From positions 30,694,091 to 30,758,090 of the forward strand of contig CM119264.1 in NCBI GenBank assembly GCA_051294375.1: 64,000 bases of DNA. Reading direction: 5' to 3'. Within the stretch, counting starts at the first letter, position 1; each line of letters opens with the position of its first letter. The stretch comes from Paraspadella gotoi (taxonomy: Eukaryota; Animalia; Chaetognatha). A model generated the notes under the pieces. That model saw only the letters and a list, made by a program, of their open reading frames with translations. It did not search any database and had not been told where the DNA came from. Positions 25,609-38,654 of this stretch are shown here, piece by piece. Position numbers and translations under genes: made by a program.

Positions 25609-27239
25609 TTTTTTTATATTTTAAAGTTTTTCGAGTTGCGTGGATTAGTTTTTTCTTTTCTGTTTTGTTTTTTAGGGTAACGAAAAAAGAACGTCAACAG
25701 ATTCGCAGTTCTAGTATTTTGTATGTTTTGTTTTTTGTTAGACGGGTGCTTTTTTCTTTATTTTCAGAGCGATGGCCCCGGTCGCCAGTTAAAGAAGGAA
25801 AATGGTTGAAATGTTTGGCGGAACGCTTTTAGAGGTTAATTTAGTTTTATAATTATTTAGAAGTTTTTAAATTTTATCCGAGCGTTTTTTAAGTATAAGG
25901 GGTTTTAATTTCTTAAAAATTGAAAATCGCGTAATTTTTTATATTAACTTTTCTTTTTTTACTTAAGGTATATTTAAAGCCTGGTTAGAGCGCGAGCCGT
26001 TTGGCTCTTTTCGGGTTTATTTTTCTTCTAAATAGTTAACGGCCTTCGCGCCTAAAGGATTAGGCCTTTTTGTTTATTTGACGATTGCGCTCAAAGCCAT
26101 TTCTCAAAGGCTTAGGTTTTCTCTTTTCTGGAGCTGAAAAGCTCGTCTTCGAATTTTAACTATTTTTCATTCTGATCAATAGTTATTTTATTCGTTTACT
26201 TCGCTTTTTTTCTGCTCTTATTCAATTACAGCTGAAAAGCTGGATTCTCCTGTGGCGGGAGTATGGGTTGGGACTCCGAAATACGATTCGGTTTCCTGTA
26301 AAACGCGGCGAAATTTGTTATTTTCTTAATCATTTTCGTTTAGGTCGCGTTCACCGGCGGATTCCCTATTTTTTCTTTGACTTAGCTAACCTTTTTTATG
26401 GGGGTGCCCCGCTCAATGCCAAAATTTTTTTTTTTGATCAATTATTTTTTTGTTTATTCATTGTGTTTTGTTTTGTATTTCTGCACTTATGTCGACTTTG
26501 ATCGGCTAAGGGCGCCTTGACGAGTCTCCACTTTGTTTCTTTGCGTTACGTCCGTCACGCTGAAGGGAGCATTGTCGAGAGGGTGTTACTTCATTGGCTG
26601 GCGGGGAGGTCGTGGGAGGGCTTGTCCGTGCGACGGAAAGTCGGCCGTTCCAGCCTCTCTCCGCTAACGCATGTATTAAAGTCTTGACCTTATTAATTTC
26701 CGATTATATTTTGCCTTTTTTCCTTTTTTAGGTTTGAATTTTTTTTATTTCGTTATCGTTGCGTCATATTTTCACGATTTTTCGGTGGATAACGCTATAT
26801 TTCATTATATTACGTTACGCCCCGGCCAATATTGCTTATATTGATCATCGATATTGGTTTTTCCCAGCCCATCGATTTTTTTCGATGCATCGTCGATGGC
26901 TTAGACGTAAATTCACCCATTTTTTTCCACGACGTTGATCTTTCCCCAAAATTTTCTCACGATGTGGTGAATGCACGCAATATCCGGTTTTCGCCTGGTG
27001 CGACGACACTTCCGGTTTCAAGGTGGACGTTCGGATCGTGACGACGATACGGGTTGGCTTTGGATCTCGAGGCGGCGATCGGGCGTAGAGAACTCTGGTA
27101 CGGCGGAGCTTCCGGGATTGATTGGCGTGTTTTTACGGTTTTTTCTTAATTTTAGTATTTAATTTTACCTATTTAACATTATTTTTTTTTTGCTTTAGTT
27201 AAATCTCTCTCTTTNNNNNNNNNNNNNNNNNNNNNNNNN

Positions 27240-27403
27240 GATAATAGAAGGATTACAAAAGATAAAGACACAAGAGAATTTAAAAAAAAAGAGGAGAAAG
27301 AAAAAGTTTAAGTAAATGAAGAGAAATAGAAAGTGAAAAAAAAGCGTTAAAAAAACGAAAAAATAGAAAGATAAAAGAAATAGAAAGAGAAAAAGAAAGG
27401 GTT
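27240..27403 (+). repeat. Duplicate of 12703-12867 that continues as the empty (pre-insertion) site
   Basis: gataatagaaggattacaaa...gaaagggtt is followed by aaaaaacgaag here but by the LTR terminus tgtattg at 12868. Confidence 0.85.
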
Positions 27404-27505
27404 AAAAAACGAAGAAATAGAAAGAGAAATAGAAAGAGAAAAGAAAAAAAAAGGATTAAGAAAAGGAAGAATGATTAAACCAAAAAAGGAATCGGAAAAT
27501 TTAAG

Positions 27506-27549
27506 GTGTTTAATGTTTAATGTTTAATGTTTAATGTTTAATGTTTAAT
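27506..27549. repeat. (TGTTTAA)n 7-bp tandem repeat
   Basis: About six perfect units visible. Confidence 0.9.
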
Positions 27550-27839
27550 CGGAAAGTTTTAAGGTGTTGCGCCGCTAACGCACATTTTTAAGTAGTTGCA
27601 TTTCTAAATGATCATGTGATTGAGCCTACTATTAATCAAATGATAGTTTAGTTATCTGTATTTAATGTAGACTGGGGGGAAAAACCACATGGACGAGACG
27701 GGACCGACCCAATTCCCGACAAAGCTCGACCTTTACACATGTGCTTTCAGCGCGACGTTGCTCTCCGCGCGACGTAAAAAAAAAGAGAGCGAGGAACTTT
27801 CAGAAAAGTTCTCTCTCTCTCTCTCTCTCTCTCTTCCTC

Positions 27840-27883
<44 letters not shown>

Positions 27884-27986
27884 TCTGCACAATTGAAGGA
27901 GCAGTTTGGTAGTCGTTGGGCCGAGAACGACCGGGCATAACTAGAACGAGGCGGGCATCTTAACGAAGTTTTAAGTCGGGCATAAT

Positions 27987-28045
<59 letters not shown>

Positions 28046-28144
28046 GAGAGAGAGAGAGAGAGAGAGACACGGAGAGAGAATCGGTCGGGACTTTTACTAA
28101 AATTCATCGAGTTTCTTTGAAGGGCGAAAAAAAAGGAGCTTTTT

Positions 28145-28450
28145 CTGTTGTATTTTTGGTTTTGTTTGGTTTGTTGTTTGTTTTGTTTGTTTTGTTTGTT
28201 TTTGTTTGTTTTTGTTTGTTTTGTTTGTTTTATTGTTTTGTTGGTTTATTTGTTTTGTTTAGTTTGTTTTGTGTTTGTTTGTTTGTTTGGTCTTTGTTTG
28301 TTTTGTTTGTTTGTTTGTTTTGTTTGTTTTGTCTGTTTTGTTTTGTTTATTTTGTTTGTTTTTTTGTTTGTGTTTGTTTGTTCTGTTTTGTTTGTTTGGT
28401 TTTTTGTCAGTTTTGTTTGTTTTGTTTGTTTTGTTAGTTTTGTTATGTTT
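28145..28450. repeat. (TTTG/TTTTG)n low-complexity tract
   Basis: Directly visible. Confidence 0.95.
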
Positions 28451-30321
28451 TTTTTTATTTAGTGTCGTCTCGTTTTTATAAAAACATTTTTCTTTAAAAA
28501 AAAACATGAACATGTCTAAATTATACATAGATAAAAACGATAAAAGTCGTTGAATAATAATAAACGTTAAAACCTTTAGAGAGAGTAATTTTTAACAATA
28601 GTAAGAAGAGATTTTCTTTGCCCATTTTCGAAATTGCTTTTGTCATCTTTCCATCAGTCGAGTTAACAAATCCTTTTTTTTTCTTTCCCCGAATATAACT
28701 GGTCGTATAAGCGAACCCTTTACACGTACGATGCACGAACAATTATGTTTGCTCTGTTAACCAATATTGTACGTACGTACAAAGACTCGTACATTCTATA
28801 CGCTATTTGATAGGAGACATGCAATGCACACATGATGCTGGTACTATGTTACTATGCTTTTACCGCCTATTATGGACGAAGACCCGACTGGACCCTGGTA
28901 CGTTTTCGACGCTCATAAAGGTCCGCGTGCGCATGTGACGCTGCGCTCGAGGTTCTGCGCGCGTAGCACGATGCGTACGTCTCACTTTTCCAAATCTGTT
29001 GACGTGAGGAAACAGAGAATCGCGTCGCGCGGGAGAAAAGAAGATTCGACTCGCGTTTAAAAGGTCAATTGAAGATGGAAGGAAAATAGGGTTGGGGAGA
29101 GGGAGAGGGAGAGAGGGANNNNNNNNNNNNNNNNNNNNNNNNNNNNNNNNNNNNNNNNNNNNNNNNNNNNNNNNNNNAAAAGGAGAGGGAGAAGGAGAGG
29201 GAGAAGGAGAAAGATAGAAAACTTTGAAAAATAGGTTGAACAAATATGATGAAGTTATGAAGAGGTGAAAATAGTGGAGGAGCGATTCGATGAGAATTGA
29301 AACAAGTGAAATATTTTACCATAAGATCAACTATTTTTCGTTCTTTGCTGTATCTTAAAATATCAATATTTTTCAAAAAAAAGGTTAATGACTTTTAAAT
29401 AAATCAGGATTCAGTAAAGAGAAAAAAACTACTAATTTTCATCCTGACTTTTTTTTCAGTTGCTTCTTCAAAGTTCAACTGCAACTGTCCACTGAAAAAA
29501 GGTCAAGGAATCCGACCCCAGGACACCCCCCCAAAATAAAAACAAACTAAAAAAACAAAACAAATGAAAACAAATATAAACATATTATAAAAAAGGAAAA
29601 TGAGAAGAAAAAAAGTGAGGGAAAATGAAAGAATAAAAAAATAAGAAAAAGAAAGAATAAAAAAAGGAAAAAGGAAAATAGAATAAATAGAAAAGCAGAA
29701 AGTAAAAATATAAGAAAAAAAAAAGAAAAGAAGAAGATAAAAAGATAGTAAAAAGAAAAAGAAAAGGAAAGGTTAAAAAGATAGGAAAAAGAAAAAGAAA
29801 AAAAAAGATAAAAAGGAAAAAAAAGAAAAGAAAAACGATAAAAAAATAGGAAAAAGAAAATAAAAGATTAAAAAATAGTAAAAAGAAAAGAAAAGGATAA
29901 AAAGATAGGAAAAAGAAAGAAAAGGAAAGGCTAAAAGATAGGAAAAAGAAAAGGAAAGGATAAAAAGATAGGAAAAAGAAAAGAAAAAGATAAAGAGATA
30001 GAAAACAGAAAAACAAAACAAAAAGATAAAAAGATAGGAAAGAAAAGGAAAAGTTAAAAAGATAGGAAAAAATAAAAGAAAAGGATAAAAAGATAGGAAA
30101 AAGTCGAGGAAGCGAAAAACATCGGTGATTGAAGGCTGAGGGATATTCGCTCCATGCGACGCTTGGCGGGTGTTGTCCTCATTAACAATGATTTACAGCG
30201 GGTGAGAGCGAGAGACCGAGAGAGAGTGAGAGGGAGAAAGAGGAGGAGAGAGAGAAGAAAGAAGTGAAGAAGCAAAGCGAAGGGTGACAGGGAGAGAGAG
30301 TTGAAAGAAAGAGAGAAAGAG

Positions 30322-30403
<82 letters not shown>

Positions 30404-31878
30404 GATGCGAGAAAAGCAAATCCAGGGTAAGCAAAGCCAATCAGAGCAAAAGCAAAGTAAGGCGAAGCCAACCAAAGTAAAAACAGAGAATAGCAAAGCC
30501 AATAAAAGCAAAAGCAGAGAATTGCAAAGGGAGGAAAAGCAAAAGCAAGCAAAAGTAAAGCACGAGCGAGGAATAGAGAGAAAAAGATAAAAAAGTCAGT
30601 TGTGTCCAAAATTGCGTTATTTTTGTTTCGTCGTCCGAGAATTTCTTCTTTTTTTTTGCGAAGACCAAAAACCATTTAGAGTTTGACCTTCAAAAAAAAT
30701 AGAAAGAAAAACCTTAAACGTTTTCTCTCTCTCTCTCTAGGAGATTCCTCCCTCTCTCCCACTCCCTCCCTCTCCACACTCCCTCTCTCCTCCCCCTCTC
30801 CCCTCCCTCTCTCCTCCCCCTCTTCCCTCCTCCCTCTCCGCTCCCTCTCCTCCCTCTCTCTTTCTCCTCCCTCCTCCTTGCCCCTCACCCCTCTCTTCCC
30901 CCGCCCCCCAACATTCTTTCCCATGAACTACCGCTACGACTTGAACATATTCCAAATAAAAGGCCTTCATATGCGCGAGTCGCTGGAAAATCTCCTTGGA
31001 CTGATATGTCTAAATTNNNNNNNNNNNNNNNNNNNNNNNNNGTTCTCTTCTCTCTCTTATCTCCTCTCTTTCATTCTCTCTCTCCTCCCTGGAAGAGCTT
31101 TTTTTTAAGAAAAAAAGTTTACTTTTTTTTGTCAAAATGAGAAGATTAATTTTCAATTTTCTGATTTCTGAATTTCTCTTCTTTCTTCCTCTCTCTTCAA
31201 CCGCCTTCCTTTCCTCTCTTCTTTCTTTCTTCTCTTTTTTTTCACACTTTGATCCGTCTCTTCCTCCCTCCCACCCCGTTTTCCCACTTTCTCTCACTCT
31301 CCTCCCTTTCCCCTCCTCACCTCTCTCCCTCTACCTATCCTCCCCTTCCCCTCTTCCGCTCTCCTTCTCTCACCTCCTCTCACTCGCTCCACTTCCCCAC
31401 TCTTCCTCCTCCCTCTCGCCTTCCTCTTCTCCCCTCCTCTCCCTCCTCTCCCCTCTCCCTCTCATGCCTCCCTCTCGCTCCTTTCCCCTCCTCTCCCTCC
31501 TCTCCCATCTCCCTCAACTCTCCCCCCTCCCTTATCTCTCCTCCTCCTCCCTCCTTCTCCCTTCTCTCCCTCATCTCCCTCGCTCCCCCTAACATTTCCC
31601 CATCACCTCCCCCTCCTCTTCACATATTCTCCCTCCTTTCCTCTCCCCTCCCTCTCTCACTCCAACCTCAGTCCCTACCTCTTTCCTCCCTCTTCCTCCC
31701 TCCCTCTCCGCGCTTCCCCTCTCCACCTCCTCTTCTCCTCCCCCTCTTGCCTTCCCCCTCTCTCCTCACCGCCCCCACAAGCCACTTTTCCAATGAACTC
31801 CGCTGACCTTGACATTTCAAATAAAAGGCCTTCATATGCGCGAGTCGCTGGAAAAATCTTGACTGATATGTCTAACAT

Positions 31879-33057
<1,179 letters not shown>

Positions 33058-33353
33058 CATGTCTCTGTCTCTCTCTCTTCCTCTCTCTCTATCTCTATCT
33101 CTCTAGGCGCTCCCCCTTTGTACAACGGTTTATTACTTAGCAATTCAGATGTTTTTGTTACAGCGCATTTATTTGCACTCAGTTTATATAGTAAATAGAA
33201 AATACTAAAAAGTAAGTATTTACAAGTATAATTTACACAATTCTTAAATTAACCCACACATGTGAAAAAAAGGCTTTCAGAATAAAAATATTTGTCTACA
33301 CATATGGTCAAAAAAAAGTTGAATAGTTATAAATACTTTTAGGACTTAGTTAG

Positions 33354-33974
33354 TTAATACGTTGTCGGACAATCATTTTTTTCCCAGCGCCGCTTCCATG
33401 CGACGAGGGAGAGTCGTAGAGGCTGTGCAGATATGAAGGGTTCAGCTCCCGCCCAATTCGTTTTATCATTTTTTTATTTCATCGACTGTGGTGGCATTAA
33501 ACTGCGATATGTCCCTTTTCATCCTTGACCAGACATTTCCGATGATGTTGCAGTCAGGCGAGTTTCCTGACCAACCTTCGAGCACCTCCATCCTATTTTC
33601 CTCGTGCTATTTTTGGGTGGTTTTGGCTTTGTGTCCAGAAGCTCTATCCTCTATGAAAAACTGCCTATTCACTGTTGAATGACTGGCGACATTTCCTCTT
33701 TTTTTTTCTCCATTTTTCGGTTTGCAGAAGTCTTACGGTCTTAAATTGTGAGACTTTCCAAGTTATTATCCTCACTCCCCGTGAATATACAAGGCCGCTC
33801 GCTTTTAACAGCTTGTCCAAGGTCTCCAGTTGCTTGAAATTTGTTGACAACTCTGCAGATGGCGGTAAGAGAGAAATCCAACTGTTTGGTCGTCCTATAT
33901 CATGACAAACCCAACTTCGAAAATCAACGATTGCAGCTTTCTTTTTGGGGGGTTAGCTGTTTTCAAGTTTCCAT
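33354..33974 (-). pseudogene. Tc1-like (Tc1/mariner superfamily) transposase remnant, internally deleted
   Basis: Minus strand reads QFFIEDRASGHKAKTTQK*HEENRMEVLEGWSGNSPDCNIIGNVWSRMKRD...LPRRMEAALGKNDCPTTY*, matching the Tc1 motifs QDNAPxH, WPxxSPDLNPIENVW and MPRRxxAV..GGxTKY. An N-terminal piece KQLTPQKKAAIV...GRP is also present. Confidence 0.85.
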
Positions 33975-34176
33975 GGTTTTCAGATAATGGTGCTCTTAAA
34001 GTTTTCTTTTCGTTCCATCAACCGAAGACGATTAACCACAATTGCATCCAGATGGACGAAGCGTTGCATTGCACCTGTCACCATTTGATGTCTCAACAAA
34101 ATCCTTCCTCATTTTCTCTACAATTATTACTTACTTGCTAACGGGGAATTTCACGGTAACTCTCTCTTCTTCTCTC

Positions 34177-34220
<44 letters not shown>

Positions 34221-35682
34221 GTTCTATCCGAAACAATAAAAAAGTCATTTTTATTTTTCCCCTCGACTTCCCTACTCAGCCTTTTCCCAATTTTTTTTTC
34301 TTTTCCTTCTTTCTTTCATTTCTTTATTCTCCCTCTCCTTTTACTCCCTCTCTTCCTCCCCTTCCTCCCTTTCCTTTCCCCCGCCCTCCTCCACTCTTCC
34401 TCCTTCTTCCTTTTTCCTCTATTTTCTCCCTTTTCTTTTTCCATTTCTTTCTCTTCCTTCTCTTCCTCTCCCTCCCTCTCTCCTTATTTCCCACCTCTCT
34501 TTTTCTCTTTATCTTCACCCTCTCCGTTTTTTCTATTCTCCCCTCGTCTACTCCGTCCTTTTTCCCTCTCTCCATTTCCCATTTCCTCTTAGCACTTGCC
34601 TCCCGCTCTCCCTCCCTCTTTCCTCTCCCCTCTCCCCTCTTTTTCCTCCTCCTCCCCCTCCTCTTCTCTCTCTCCTCTCACCTCTCTCCCTCCATTTTTC
34701 CTCCCCCTCTCCCTCCCTCTCCTCTCTCCCTCTCTCCCTTCTCCAACTCAGCGGGCGAGTCAAATGGAGCCTCCATCATTAGTCGGCGAGCGGTGGGCGT
34801 CGGCGGCCCCGGCAGCACCGCCAGCACCGGCAGCACCGGCCTGCGTCGGCGGCGGGAATCGAATGATATGTCGGCATTACCACCTCATCATCAAAAGGGG
34901 AAAATGTCATTTAGTTAATGATTGTCGCGAATTTAAGACGAAACTTCTTTTCAAAGTCGCCTCTCACCTGAGACGAGAATCTCCTTTTTTTTCTTTCTTT
35001 CTTTTTTTCTTTTTTATCCTTTTTTTTTTCTATTTCCTCTTCATTCTCTTGTCTATTTTTTTTTTCTATTTTTCCGTTTCTTTTTATCTTTGTTTTCCTT
35101 TTTCTCTTTTATTTTCTTCTCTATTTTTTTTCCTCAACTCGATAGTCTTTAACTTAATAGTATAATTTAATTGTCTTAACTTGAAAGTCACTTTAAAATC
35201 TCAAGTTTCACGTCCGCCCAAGTCACAAGTGAAATTGAATTTATGATTTATTAAATTTCAAAACTTTTTTTTAACTTAATAGATTTTTTTTTTATTTCTC
35301 TCGCAATTCGTTTTTTTCTCTTTCTTTCTTTTTTACTTCTTTTCTTTTTATTTATTTCACTAGTCTAACCTCTCTATTTAAAATCTTACTTCTCTAATCA
35401 TCTCTCTTCATCCGCCGTTCTTCTTACTTTTTGTTCATCCCTTCACTTTTCTCATACCTTTCTAATCACCTCTCTTTTCTCCCTCTCTCTTCTCTTCCTC
35501 TCTCTTTTTTTCCCTCTGTCTCTCTTTCCTCTCTTCTCTCTTTTCTCCCTCCTCTCTCCTCTCTTTTCCTCCTCTCTCTTCTCTTTTTTTCCCTCTCTCT
35601 CTCTTCTCTATCCACTTTTTATACTTCTCTCTTCTCTTTTTTCCTCTTTCTCTCTCCTCTCTTTTCTCCCCCTCTCATCTAT

Positions 35683-35754
<72 letters not shown>

Positions 35755-35864
35755 TCTACCTTTCTCTCCTCTCTCCTCTCTTCTCGTTATTGATGGTGAA
35801 AAGAGACTCGAGAGAATTTTTTCGCCCCCCAAAAAAAATAGTTTTCGTTTCCGAGTTGGGAGAA

Positions 35865-36030
35865 AAAAGTGATAGAAGTGATAAAAAGTGATAGAAGTGA
35901 TAAAAAGTGATATAAGGGATAAAAAGTCATCGAAGTGATAAAAGTAATAAAAAATGAAAGAAGTGATAAAAAGTAATAGTAGTGATAAAAAGTGATAATT
36001 ATGATAAAAAGTGATAGAAATGATAAAAAA
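35865..36030. repeat. 9-bp tandem repeat (AAGTGATAR)n
   Basis: Directly visible, degenerate. Confidence 0.85.
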
Positions 36031-36499
36031 AGGGTTTAACTCATCATAGTCATTCCAAAGTTTGAAATTGGTTGTGATAAAAAAGCGATTAAACACTTCA
36101 GTAACAAACCTTTATGACAATAATAAGAGACTAAAATTTTAAATAAAACTGTTGAAAATGTCACAGGGTGATATAAATGAGTGACAACGATTGAATCTCT
36201 GGTCGATTTAAAGACGCGAAATTGTGAAGATTTCATGGACTTTATTTTTCCTCGCGTCAAATCGAACTGGAACACAAAAATTCCCGCCATTTTTAAAAAA
36301 TATTGTCCGCCATTTGCGGGAAAAAAGATAAAATGAAGTAATAATTTGACGGAAAATGATGACGACGACAACGACGACGACGACAACGATTCAAAAAAAT
36401 CACGAATATAAAAATTCTTTACTTTCGACGTCGTAATCAAAAAAGGATTCGTGAAAATGTTGAATCGAAGATGTGAATCATCATCTTGTTTTGCGCTCT

Positions 36500-36547
<48 letters not shown>

Positions 36548-36552
36548 CTCTT

Positions 36553-36606
<54 letters not shown>

Positions 36607-36844
36607 CATTCCGTCCAATTATCACCGTCTCCAACGAGGACCGCAGTCGTTAACATTTCATTAATGAGGAAATAAACAGTAAAATTGTCGAAAAATGATT
36701 TTCTTTGTCGTAGATTTTGACAAAGATCCATTCGCTTTGTCCTTCGTTTCGTTTTGCGTCTCGGTGGTGAATATCGAATAACGACTTCGTGAAAAGAGAG
36801 GGGAGGGACTAATGGAGGAACGGAGGGGAGAGTAAGAGATAAGA

Positions 36845-37230
36845 AGGAAAGGAAAGAAAAGGAAAGGAAAGGAATTATGGGATAAGGAGGAAAGGAAAGT
36901 AGAGGAATGGAAAGGAAAGGAGAGGAAAGGAAAGGAAAGGAAAGGAAAGGAAAGGAAATGAGAGGAAAGGAAAGGAAAGGAAAGGAAAGGAAAGGAAAGG
37001 AAAGGAAAGGAAAGGAAAGGGAAGGGATAAGGAGGAAAGGAAAGAAAAGAAAAGGAAATAAAAGGAAAGGAAAGGAATTATGGGGTAAGAAGGAAAGGAA
37101 AGTAGAGGAATGGAAAGCAAAGGAAAGGAAAGGAAATGAAAGGAAATGAGAGGAAAGGAAAGGAGAGGAAAGGAAAGGAAAGGAAAGGAAAGGAATGGGA
37201 AGGGATAAGAAGGAAAGGAAAGTAGAGGAA
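36845..37230. repeat. (GGAAA)n pentanucleotide tract
   Basis: Directly visible. Confidence 0.95.
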
Positions 37231-37559
37231 CGAAAAGAAAACAAAACAAAACAAAACTTTCATGGAGAAAACAATCTGTGATGACTCCCTGTGTACGGAC
37301 GACCCTCGTACGAACATCACTCGCCGTCTCAAGATCGGTCGCTCCATAAATTTAAATGACGAGAAAAATCTCGTCTTCAACGAGAATGAAGTCGGGTGAG
37401 GCTGTGACTACAGCCGCACAGCTGGACTGCAGCTCTTTTTGACCCAAAAGGTTAAAACAACAACAGCAACAGCAACAACAACACGACAACGCGTAGGACC
37501 CAAGGACGTCGGCCAAATCTTGGTCTTCATCTCGCTCTCGCTCTCGTTCTCTGGCTATT

Positions 37560-37602
<43 letters not shown>

Positions 37603-37678
37603 TTATATTTCATCACAGAAACAAAAGTGAACATTGAAATCTCTGGTCCACCTCTCCCCCCCCCTCAAAGAAAAGGGG

Positions 37679-37750
37679 ACACACTCAAATCTGAGTCACA
37701 CTCAAATCTAAGTCACACTCAAATTTGAGTCACACTCAAATCTGAGACAC
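37679..37750. repeat. 17-bp minisatellite CACACTCAAATCTGAGT, about 4 copies, with a palindromic core
   Basis: The ACTCAAATTTGAGT variant is a perfect 14-bp palindrome. Confidence 0.85.
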
Positions 37751-38576
37751 GCACACAAAAAAAGCAGACGAAGCGAGAAAAACTTGAGCCTCACTTTCTC
37801 TTTCTTTTTTTTTCTTTCTTTTTTCTTTTTTTCTTTTTTTTTCTTTCTTTTTTCTTTTTTTCTTTTTTTCTTTTTTTCTTTTTTTTTCTTTTTTTTCTTT
37901 TTTTTTTCTTTTTTTTCTTTTTTCGACGCCAACGAAAAAAAGTAAAATCCGGTGAATAACGAGGTTTTTATGAGATCCCAAGAGCGAAACGGATGGAGGA
38001 ATGTACGGATCGAAGGGATAGATGGATCCAAGGGATAGAAGGATCAAAGGGTGGAATGGATCAAAGGGATAGATGGATCCAAGAGCAAAATGGATGAAAG
38101 GGATATTTAGATCAAAGGGATGATCAAACGGATGGTCGAGATCGAGAAAACAAATTGAACAGATNNNNNNNNNNGTTTAATTACTTTGTCAATATAAAGG
38201 AAAAAAAAGTCGATTCACAAATAGTTTAAAATAACCTCCTCATACTTTTTCGTCTTGTAAAAAATTTTGATTTTTAACAAAAAAAAACTTTTTTAAAAAA
38301 ATTACCAATAATTTTAGAGTCAAAAACAAAAAAAACAAAAGTTTATATCAACATTCATCGTCGTCATCGTCGTCTTTTTCGTCGTCGACGTCGTCGTCTC
38401 TGCATCAGTTTTATACTGACCCCCACCTTCTCCTCCTCTTCTTCCTCCTCTTCCTCCTCCCCCTTTTTTCTCTTCTCAAAAGTCATTTTTGGGAGATGCT
38501 TCTTTGGGGACTGGAGGTCCCTCTACGACCATTCAGTCAAAAGATGCAAACTCAGATTAAGAAGGAACGGAGGTCC

Positions 38577-38654
<78 letters not shown>

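Larger units (their letters stand above)
13983..27214 (+). mobile_element. BEL/Pao LTR retrotransposon, 3' end not reached (cut by assembly gap)
   Basis: LTR, then leader, then gag-PR-RT-RH-IN in BEL order, then ~4.8 kb with no LTR copy up to the N gap. Assigning the post-pol region to this element is an inference. Confidence 0.8.

Noticed and set aside
33100-34160. Terminal inverted repeats of the Tc1-like element
   Set aside because: Only a 7-bp ttagcaa match was found between the candidate ends, too little to set boundaries.
36036-37244. 402-aa ORF and similar long F/S/L- or E/R/K-rich ORFs across the window
   Set aside because: They arise from (CT)n, (GGAAA)n and (AAAG)n tracts that lack stop codons, or from N runs.
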